Both the position numbers and the translations under genes were made by a program. A DNA stretch of 19,759 bases, taken from the NCBI GenBank assembly GCA_030626045.1, contig DAOUPS010000005.1, positions 1-19,759 on the forward strand, read 5' to 3'. Numbering within the stretch: position 1 is the stretch's first letter; each line of letters begins with the position of its first letter. This DNA comes from a bacterium. Lineage in GTDB: Bacteria; Patescibacteriota; Minisyncoccia; Moranbacterales; DUUL01. Shown here piece after piece: positions 6,811 to 13,843 of the stretch. The notes beneath the pieces were generated by a model. The model searched no databases, was not told where the DNA came from, and saw only the letters and a program-made list of their open reading frames with translations.

Positions 6811-7944
6811 TCACGATCCGGCACGAGATTTGCCAAAAACATTTGCAATTACATTAACGACCCGCTTGTCCATTACTCTTGGAATAATTCTTGTCGGAGC
6901 AGGATCTTTGATCATTGCTGAAAGAGCTTTAGCGGCTTTTATTTTTATTTCGTCAGTAATCGATATAGTACGTGAACGCAATGCTCCTTTAAATATTCCC
7001 GGAAATACTAGAGCATTATTAATTTGATTGCCAAAATCCGATCGTCCGGTCGCAATAACCGCGGCACCGCCTTTTTTGGCTTCACCTGGCATTATCTCCG
7101 GACACGGATTAGCCAGCGCAAACACGATCGGCTTTTGCGACATTTGCTTAATATCAGAACTGCCAATGATATTCGGCGCGGATACTCCAATAAAAATGTC
7201 TGCTTCTTTGAGTGCCTCATGAAGTGTTCCCCGAAAATTTTTCAGGTTAGTGCGACTGGCAATTTTCTTTTTGGCAAAATTCATTTGAGCTTTGCGCCTC
7301 TTATATAGCGGTCCTTTTGAGTCAAAGATAATGACGTTGCTTAAACCGTAATGCAGAAGAAGGCGCGTAATGGCAATTCCAGCAGCGCCGGCGCCGGAGA
7401 TCACAATGGAACATTTTTTTAAATTTTTTCCGGTTACTTTCGCCGCATTCAAAAGTCCGGCCAGAACAACAATGGCTGTTCCGTGCTGATCATCATGAAA
7501 AACCGGAATATCAAGAGACTTTTTAAGTTTTTCTTCAATGGTAAAACATCTCGGTGCCGAGATGTCTTCAAGGTTAATTCCGCCAAATCCCGGTGCTATC
7601 GTCTCAATAAATTTAACAATCTCATCTTCGTTTTGTGTATCAATAACCAACGGCACGGCATTGATACCGCCCAATTCTTGAAAAAGCACCGCCTTTGCCT
7701 CCATAACAGGCAAGGCCGCTTCCGGACCGCGATTTCCAATCCCTAAAATAGCGCTGCCGTCACTCACGATTGCGACAGTTCGCCCTTTCCATGTGAGATC
7801 ATAAATCTTGCCTTGGTCTTTTACAATTTCAGCTACAACATCAGCGATGCCTGGCGTGTAAATTGAGGAAATATTTTTTGAGGTAAGTTTTGTTTTTGAT
7901 ACTACATTGAGTTTGCCATTCTTGCTTAGGGACAATGGATTCAT
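6811..7944 (-). CDS. NAD(P)-dependent malic enzyme (short prokaryotic form)
   Basis: 377 aa. VSDGSAILGIGNRGPEAALPVMEAKAVLFQELGGINAVP, FGGINLEDISAPRCF, FHDDQHGTAIV and the dinucleotide fold ISGAGAAGIA are present. Cofactor preference cannot be read from the sequence by eye. Confidence 0.9.
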   Translation of the reverse strand: MNPLSLSKNGKLNVVSKTKLTSKNISSIYTPGIADVVAEIVKDQGKIYDLTWKGRTVAIVSDGSAILGIGNRGPEAALPVMEAKAVLFQELGGINAVPLVIDTQNEDEIVKFIETIAPGFGGINLEDISAPRCFTIEEKLKKSLDIPVFHDDQHGTAIVVLAGLLNAAKVTGKNLKKCSIVISGAGAAGIAITRLLLHYGLSNVIIFDSKGPLYKRRKAQMNFAKKKIASRTNLKNFRGTLHEALKEADIFIGVSAPNIIGSSDIKQMSQKPIVFALANPCPEIMPGEAKKGGAAVIATGRSDFGNQINNALVFPGIFKGALRSRTISITDEIKIKAAKALSAMIKDPAPTRIIPRVMDKRVVNVIANVFGKSRAGS

Positions 7945-7945
7945 T

Positions 7946-8899
7946 CTACTTGCTTTTAGCGCTTATTTTGACAGGAGTTAACTTGGCAGAAATCTTCTTA
8001 ATGCTTTCGAAAACTGAGAGCACCGCAATGGCTCCTTCAGATGCCGCGGTAATTATTTGTCTGAAACCGTTTGAATTCGTAGTAATATCACCGGCAGCAT
8101 AAAACCCTGGAACATTTGTTGATTGGTCCGGTTTAGTAATAATATATCCAAATTCGTCAGTCATAATATTCAATCTTGATATTATTTCACGATTCGGCTC
8201 AGAGCCGATCTCAATGAACACCCCGTCAGTCTTAAAGTTTGATCTCTTTTCTTTTATTTTCAGCGCAACACTATGAACAGCTGTTTCTCCGTTAATTTCT
8301 TCTACAATTGTATTGTATAAAACAGTAATATTGCCGATTTTTTCTATTTTATCGGCATAGGCCGGAGTACACCTTAATAATTCCCTGCGATAAACGATAG
8401 TAACTGTTTTTGCATACTCGGAAAGCATCAGTGCCGCCATAGCAGCCGAATTTCCTCCACCGATAACGATCACATCCTTTTTCTTAAAAAAGGGACCATC
8501 ACACGTCGCACAGTATGATACACCTTTACCCAAAAAATCATCCTCTCCCGGAATGTTAAGCTTCCTGCATGTTGTCCCGATCGAATATATGAGATGTTTG
8601 GCCAAATAAGTTTTCTTCTTTTCAGTTTCGAGTTCAAATCCTTTTTCCGTTCTAGTAATATTCTTGATTGCTCCTTGCCTGATATAATCACCGAATGATC
8701 TAACATGTTCTTCCATTTTTTGCGCCAAGCCAAGCCCGGCGATGCTTGGAAACCCCGGATAATTTTCAACTTTATGAATTTCGTTCAAGTAGCCCCCGAT
8801 TTCAGCGCCAATCAAAACATGATCAATGCCATATCTTGAAGCATAAATCGAAGCAGTCAGTCCTGCAGGACCAGCGCCAAGGATAATAAGATCGTACAT
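7946..8899 (-). CDS. trxB: Thioredoxin-disulfide reductase (low-Mr type)
   Basis: 317 aa. It has the FAD fold LIILGAGPAGLTA, the redox motif SYCATCDG, GGGNSAAMAALML followed by YRRELLR, and AAGDIT. Its stop lies 1 nt before the malic enzyme ATG. Confidence 0.95.
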   Translation of the reverse strand: MYDLIILGAGPAGLTASIYASRYGIDHVLIGAEIGGYLNEIHKVENYPGFPSIAGLGLAQKMEEHVRSFGDYIRQGAIKNITRTEKGFELETEKKKTYLAKHLIYSIGTTCRKLNIPGEDDFLGKGVSYCATCDGPFFKKKDVIVIGGGNSAAMAALMLSEYAKTVTIVYRRELLRCTPAYADKIEKIGNITVLYNTIVEEINGETAVHSVALKIKEKRSNFKTDGVFIEIGSEPNREIISRLNIMTDEFGYIITKPDQSTNVPGFYAAGDITTNSNGFRQIITAASEGAIAVLSVFESIKKISAKLTPVKISAKSK

Positions 8900-8915
8900 T
8901 TATTCTGAAAATTTA

Positions 8916-9230
8916 TTACACGTTTTTGAGTTCGTTAAGCAGAACTTCTTTTGATTGAACACCAACTATTTGTTTGGCGAGCTCTCCATTCTTAAAAATG
9001 ATGATCGTCGGAATTGACATTACACCGTATTTTTGGGCAGTTTCCGGACTTTCGTCAACATTAAGTTTTCCAACAATCGCTTTGCCGCCAATCTCTTTTG
9101 CCGTTTCCTCAATAATCGGACCCATTATTTGGCAAGGTCCGCACCACGGAGCCCAAAAATCAATAAGTGCGATCTTGTTGCTCTTGAGAACTTTGTCTTC
9201 AAAATTTTTGTCATTCAATTCAAGCGCCAT
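8916..9230 (-). CDS. trxA: Thioredoxin
   Basis: 104 aa with the WAPWCGPCQ active site and SIPTIIIFKNGE. Confidence 0.96.
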   Translation of the reverse strand: MALELNDKNFEDKVLKSNKIALIDFWAPWCGPCQIMGPIIEETAKEIGGKAIVGKLNVDESPETAQKYGVMSIPTIIIFKNGELAKQIVGVQSKEVLLNELKNV

Positions 9231-9272
9231 GCGTAAATTATTAATTTTTATAGTTGTCTGGAGCTGCTATAT

Positions 9273-10001
9273 TTAGTTTCCAAATCTTCTGGCTCTTTTA
9301 GAAAAATCTTCCACCACTTTTCGAAATTCGGAGGCGGAAAAATCAGGAAACATAAGATCGGAAAAATAGTATTGTGCATTGCGGGTTTGCCACATCAAAA
9401 ATCCGGTGCTGTTATGAGGATCGCTCTCAACACCGGTTCGAATCAATAGATCAACATTGGGAAGCAGCGATGTCATTAATTGTGACCTAAGTTCGGATTT
9501 CGTTACTTTAAACCGTTTTTTTAAGAGATGCGCCTTTTCAACCAGCTTTTGCGCTGCCAGAATGATATCGTCGTCCCCATTATACGCAAGCAAGAACGTT
9601 AAAAAATATTTTGAATGGTGTTTTGTTTTTTCAACGGTTTCAGATAGCATATCTGCCAAATTCTTTGGAAATTGTTCTTTCCATTTTCCAATAATATTGA
9701 TGTGTACCTTTTTTTCATAGACTTCATCGCTCTCAATAAGTTTCTTAAAATATTGCTTATAAATGTTAAACAGCGCCCTTTTTTCAATCAGCGGACGTTT
9801 TTGGATATTATCTCTCGATGATCCCCAAAAAGTCAAATGCCGTATGCCAATGTTAAATGCTTCTTTGATAAGATCTTCTGTTATTTGCGCACCTGCATCA
9901 TGGCCTTCATGTGGTTTAAGCGACTTCCGTTTTGCCCATCGCCTGTTGCCGTCGGGAATAATAGCTACGTGGTCAGGAATTATGAATCTGTCTTCCGTCA
10001 T
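9273..10001 (-). CDS. cis-Prenyltransferase family protein (undecaprenyl-diphosphate synthase-like, divergent)
   Basis: 242 aa. HVAIIPDGNRRWAKRK matches the catalytic N-terminal motif, and FLMWQ, YFSDLMFPDF and the C-terminal RRFG are present. The usual RTxGExRxSNF segment instead reads IRTGVESDPHNSTGF (see findings). Confidence 0.8.
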   Translation of the reverse strand: MTEDRFIIPDHVAIIPDGNRRWAKRKSLKPHEGHDAGAQITEDLIKEAFNIGIRHLTFWGSSRDNIQKRPLIEKRALFNIYKQYFKKLIESDEVYEKKVHINIIGKWKEQFPKNLADMLSETVEKTKHHSKYFLTFLLAYNGDDDIILAAQKLVEKAHLLKKRFKVTKSELRSQLMTSLLPNVDLLIRTGVESDPHNSTGFLMWQTRNAQYYFSDLMFPDFSASEFRKVVEDFSKRARRFGN

Positions 10002-10014
10002 CAGTATATGTTAA

Positions 10015-11085
10015 TTAATATTGCCGTTCTATGATGAAATGGGCAATGCCCTCGAGAAAATTTTTTGACTCTTTATGCCGAATATCAATTGCTGAAAATG
10101 CCTCTAAAGATCTATTCACCAGTTTTTCTGAAAGATCATGGGCATAATCCAGCGATCCTGTTTCTCTGATCATATTTCTGAATACTTCAATTTCACTTTC
10201 GCTTATATCTTTTTTACCGAGAAGCCGCGAGACAATTTTTCTTTGCTCCTTAGTGCCCATTTCAAGCGCCTTGACTACAAGAATTGTTTGCTTTCCCTCA
10301 ATAATATCTGAACCGATTGGCTTTCCAAGCTTTTCTTGCTTCCCAAAAACACCCAGAATATCGTCACGGATCTGAAAGGCGATTCCGAGCGGAATTGCAT
10401 AATCGGTAAATTTTTTAAGTATATCGTCGTTTACCTTCGCAAGAATTGCTCCCAAGTGCAAAGGCCCTTCAAACGTGTAGCGTGCGGTTTTGGCTTCGTA
10501 CATGCACATAATATCCTTCTCTGTTGCTTTTCCCCTGGCTTCCAGTATAACATCAACCATTTCTCCGGGAATAGTGGCATAAACAACCTGCTGTAATTTA
10601 TTAAGCGCTTTCACGACATACTCGGGAGGAAAATCGGCAGTGAACATAACTTCATTGCTCATTGATGCTATCATATCACCGGTGATTATTGCCATTGAAT
10701 TTCCAAAGTGGACAGAGTCTGTTTTAAAAAACATTCTTTGAGCCATTTCTTTATACTGTTCGTGAATTGTTTTTATGCCATGACGAAGCTCATCATTGTC
10801 TATAATATCATCATGAATAAGAAGAAAATTATGGGCCAGTTCAATCGACATGGAAGTTTTCACCATTTTTTCATATTCCGTTCCTCCTGCCGCAAGATAA
10901 CCATAATACATTACAGCCGGACGAATACGCTTGCCGCCAGCCATTGTGAAACCACGGATCATTGCAACAGCTTCCTCAGAAATCGCATTAATTTCTCTTG
11001 CCTGTTTGAGCTTCTCATCAAAAAAACGCTCCAAATAAGGATGTAGACGTTTTCGGTAATCACTTAAAAGCTTGAGCGCGTCCAA
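10015..11085 (-). CDS. trans-Polyprenyl diphosphate synthase, probably short-chain (FPP/GGPP synthase type)
   Basis: 356 aa. The first Asp-rich motif is LLIHDDIIDNDELRHG, with Phe at position -5. The second Asp-rich motif is FQIRDDILGVFG, and KPIGSDIIEGK is present. The start codon is TTG (11085..11083), with no in-frame ATG nearby. Confidence 0.88.
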   Translation of the reverse strand: MDALKLLSDYRKRLHPYLERFFDEKLKQAREINAISEEAVAMIRGFTMAGGKRIRPAVMYYGYLAAGGTEYEKMVKTSMSIELAHNFLLIHDDIIDNDELRHGIKTIHEQYKEMAQRMFFKTDSVHFGNSMAIITGDMIASMSNEVMFTADFPPEYVVKALNKLQQVVYATIPGEMVDVILEARGKATEKDIMCMYEAKTARYTFEGPLHLGAILAKVNDDILKKFTDYAIPLGIAFQIRDDILGVFGKQEKLGKPIGSDIIEGKQTILVVKALEMGTKEQRKIVSRLLGKKDISESEIEVFRNMIRETGSLDYAHDLSEKLVNRSLEAFSAIDIRHKESKNFLEGIAHFIIERQY

Positions 11086-11145
11086 TTTTTCTTTTTTATT
11101 TATTATAAGATCCTTGCTGTTAAACTATCTGTTGACAATTATTTG

Positions 11146-11217
11146 TAGCCCTAAGGGGAATCGAACCCCTGTTACAAGGATGAGAACCTTGCGTCCTAGC
11201 CACTAGACGATAGGGCC
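11146..11217 (-). tRNA. tRNA-Glu (anticodon CUC)
   Basis: The reverse complement GGCCCTA TC GTCT AGTGGCTA GGAC G CAAGG TTCTCAT CCTTG TAAC AGGGG TTCGATT CCCCT TAGGGCT A folds as a cloverleaf. It has a 7-bp acceptor stem (G1-U72 wobble), a TTCGATT T-loop and a 4-nt variable loop, as in E. coli tRNA-Glu. No CCA is encoded; CAAAT follows. Confidence 0.9.
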
Positions 11218-11235
11218 CGTTAGAGCAAAATGTCA

Positions 11236-11329
11236 TTGGGAATAGTCCCTTATTATAAAAAACTGATCCCAAACCGGCTTCTGTCAAAAATCTTTGCTAA
11301 TGAAGCTGGTTTGGGAATAGTTATTATAA
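11236..11329. repeat. Long imperfect palindrome flanked by and overlapping a 19-nt direct repeat
   Basis: cccaaaccggcttc (11268-11281) and gaagctggtttggg (11302-11315) form a 14-bp stem with one position that is a G-U pair in the minus-strand transcript (an A-C mismatch in the plus-strand one) and a 20-nt loop. The arms extend imperfectly to about 29 nt. Direct repeat: ttgggaatagt[ccct]tattataa (11236-11258) and ttgggaatagttattataa (11311-11329). Confidence 0.7.
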
Positions 11330-11449
11330 CGAAACTCCTTTCCACTATAGCGAAAAATCGAAAATCAGTCAATTATATACCAGCCCCACAACACCAAAAA
11401 CCAAATGTTATTCACTGCATTGGCAGACCTTGCGCGAGCCCACAGAACT

Positions 11450-13162
11450 TCAGCAAATTTCTATATCTTCTATCCTTGCCTGGATAGACTCTTTCCCATT
11501 CCAAATATTCCGCTCAAGACGGTAAACAAGATTAATTTTGTCGCCTTCAGATAAAGACTGATAATCTTTTGCGGCTCCAAAGCCAATTACTTCAATTGTG
11601 GCATTGGGATCATTGTCGTCAGCGCATGTTAATTTAAGATGCGCTTCGCCGTTTCCAACCGTTCTTTTTCGTATAATCTGAAGATTACTGGTAAGAAATA
11701 GCGGACAACGATTTTTTTCACCAAACGGTCCAAGCTGATCAAGTTCGTCAAGAAGCTTCAAATTCAGTTCATTTATAGACAAATTTAAATCAATCGTTAT
11801 CTGTTTGGCAAACAGATCCTCTGGCAGCGAATCAGCGTCGTGTTGAATGTTCTTGGTAAAAAGTTTAAAGTTCCGTTTTGTTATTTCAAACCCGGCAGCT
11901 TTTGGGTGTCCGCCATATTTTATAAGCAGATCTTTCTGGCACTCAAGCGCCTTAATAAGATCAAATCCGTGCACCGATCTCCCCGAACCTTTGAAATATC
12001 CATCAAATTCCTTTAATAAAATTGAAGGTTTCTGAAATTCCTCGGTTATTCTTCCGGAAGCCAATCCGACAATTCCAAGCTCCCAATGCGGTGACGTTGC
12101 AATAATGATATTATGCGATTTTTTGCCGCCAAGATACTGCTTTCGAACTTGCTGTACAATTTCTTTTGTAACCTTCTGGCGATGATTATTTCTGTCCTCA
12201 AGATCCAGCGCCAAAAGCCGAGCTGTTGATTCTTCAGCAGCCTTGCAGCACAGCAGCTCTTTCGCTATGCTTGCGTGATCCATTCTTCCAGCCGCATTGA
12301 TGCGCGGCGCAATTTGAAAAGAAACAGTTTCAGCACCCGGAATACGCGATCCGTTGATCGTGATACGTCCAACATGGAACAATTGCCGCAGACCAACACG
12401 TTTTGTTTTCGATAAAACCAACAAGCCGTACTTTACTAACATTCTGTTTTCACCTACAAGCGGCACACAATCGGCAATCGTTCCAATGGCAACAAGGTCC
12501 AAAAACCATTTCAATTGTTGTTTGTCATATTTTGAAATTTTTGAAGCAACGGCTTGAATGAATTTAAACGCGACGCCAACACCGGCAAGGTTCTTATCTG
12601 GATACACGTCCTCTTTTCTTTTTGGATCAACAACCGCAATAGCACGGGGAATTGCCGATGGAACATGATGATGGTCAAGAATTATTGAATCAACTTTTAA
12701 TTTCGACGCGTAATCAACCTCTTTTTCATTGGAAATACCGCAATCTACGGTAATAATAAGAGACGCGCCTTTTTTCTTAATATAATCAATAGCCCTATCA
12801 TTTAGCCCATAGCCTTCCTTATTTCTGTCTGGAATATAACTGACTGTGTTTATATTTATTTGCTGGAAAAAGTCGAGCAATACCACTGATGCGGTTACGC
12901 CATCGGCATCGTAATCGCCAAAAACACAGACAGTTTCTTTTTTCTTAGCTGCCAGCAAAAGTCTGGCAACCGCTTTGTCCATATCGAACATCAAGAAAGG
13001 ATCATGGGAATCTTTTTCGTAATCGGCGTTAAAAAAGGAGTTCTTTTGTTTTTTTGTTTTTATGCCCTTTAATAATAAAAGGCATTCAGCTGCCGGTTCA
13101 AGCTCGGGAAAGACCCTATTATCAAGTGTCGGGCGTTTGCTAATATTCCAGCTCTTTTTCAT
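11450..13162 (-). CDS. recJ: Single-stranded-DNA-specific exonuclease RecJ
   Basis: 570 aa. The DHH-family motifs VFGDYDADGVTA, ITVDCG and ILDHHH are present, as are DLVAIGTIADCVPL and GGHPKAAG (DHHA1). The gene ends at TGA. Confidence 0.95.
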   Translation of the reverse strand: MKKSWNISKRPTLDNRVFPELEPAAECLLLLKGIKTKKQKNSFFNADYEKDSHDPFLMFDMDKAVARLLLAAKKKETVCVFGDYDADGVTASVVLLDFFQQININTVSYIPDRNKEGYGLNDRAIDYIKKKGASLIITVDCGISNEKEVDYASKLKVDSIILDHHHVPSAIPRAIAVVDPKRKEDVYPDKNLAGVGVAFKFIQAVASKISKYDKQQLKWFLDLVAIGTIADCVPLVGENRMLVKYGLLVLSKTKRVGLRQLFHVGRITINGSRIPGAETVSFQIAPRINAAGRMDHASIAKELLCCKAAEESTARLLALDLEDRNNHRQKVTKEIVQQVRKQYLGGKKSHNIIIATSPHWELGIVGLASGRITEEFQKPSILLKEFDGYFKGSGRSVHGFDLIKALECQKDLLIKYGGHPKAAGFEITKRNFKLFTKNIQHDADSLPEDLFAKQITIDLNLSINELNLKLLDELDQLGPFGEKNRCPLFLTSNLQIIRKRTVGNGEAHLKLTCADDNDPNATIEVIGFGAAKDYQSLSEGDKINLVYRLERNIWNGKESIQARIEDIEIC

Positions 13163-13187
13163 TTATTTTAATGGAAGTTGATTTGGC

Positions 13188-13754
13188 TTAATATTTTCTT
13201 TTGCAGTTTGGACAATAAACGTAAGCCTTAAAAGTTTTATCGCTATAATATTTTATATTAAACGCTAATTTGCTTCCGCAGTTCTCGCATTTCATTTCCG
13301 GAGGAAGTTTGTAATCCTCAATAAAGCGCTGTCCGTCAAATTCAAGAGAATTTATTCCAAGATCATATTCGCCATGATTGATTGCCTGTAAAATGCGCTT
13401 GATAACCTCGGCAGGCATTGTCATGCCCTGAACAATAAAATCCTTTACCCCGAGTTTATTCATATGCTTTCGATCCTCTTCTCTTCCCAAATGAGAACTC
13501 ACGATTACCGGTATGTTGGCGGTATTTGTGTATTCTTTCAGCGATTGGATCAGTTGAAACCCGTCCATTCTCGGCATTATGATCCCGGTAAAAATAAGGT
13601 CGATTCCTTCATTGCTTGTCGCAACATCAAGCCCTTCAACTCCGTCTTTCGCTTCAATTACCTCAAAATTATTTTCGCGCAGTAAGTCCGCATACATCGT
13701 ACGGATATCTTTGTCATCATCAACAAGAAGCACTTTATTTTTTTTAGATTCCAT
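13188..13754 (-). CDS. CheY-like receiver-domain protein with degenerate phosphorylation-site residues, fused to a C-terminal CxxC...CxxC zinc ribbon
   Basis: 188 aa. The receiver fold is clear (KVLLVDDDKDIR..., MPRMDG, IPVIVSS). The phosphoacceptor position reads DLIFTGIIMPRMDG, with Gly where CheY has Asp57. The conserved Lys position reads DFIVQG, with Gln where CheY has Lys109. The C-terminus is MKCENCGSKL...(21 aa between the two CxxC motifs)...YCPNCKRKY. Its stop lies 25 nt upstream of the recJ start. Confidence 0.8.
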   Translation of the reverse strand: MESKKNKVLLVDDDKDIRTMYADLLRENNFEVIEAKDGVEGLDVATSNEGIDLIFTGIIMPRMDGFQLIQSLKEYTNTANIPVIVSSHLGREEDRKHMNKLGVKDFIVQGMTMPAEVIKRILQAINHGEYDLGINSLEFDGQRFIEDYKLPPEMKCENCGSKLAFNIKYYSDKTFKAYVYCPNCKRKY

Positions 13755-13843
13755 TGATTGACATTTTAATTATTATTTATATGCTTGTTCCTGAGCCGGT
13801 TTCCTGTTTAAATAGCGTGATTCCGATTACTCGTGGATAGAAA

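Noticed and set aside
7946-8030. A Lys-rich C-terminal tail of TrxB with a repeated KISAK (KKISAKLTPVKISAKSK).
   Set aside because: It is only about 10 residues beyond the usual end, low complexity, with no evidence of function.
11086-11449. tRNA-Glu as an integration hotspot with a duplicated attachment site.
   Set aside because: I looked for a copy of the tRNA 3' half in the flanks and found only a weak gggaat similarity. No integrase or foreign-looking genes are adjacent.
11450-11452. Possible alternative genetic code (UGA recoding), as seen in some candidate phyla.
   Set aside because: recJ terminates at TGA at a normal length, and every gene is full length with conserved termini under the standard code. 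No in-frame TGA needs read-through.
11230-11487. An 85-aa plus-strand ORF covering the recJ-tRNA spacer.
   Set aside because: It overlaps the 3' end of recJ on the opposite strand, runs straight through the palindrome and direct repeats, and I recognise no protein features. The region is better explained as non-coding.
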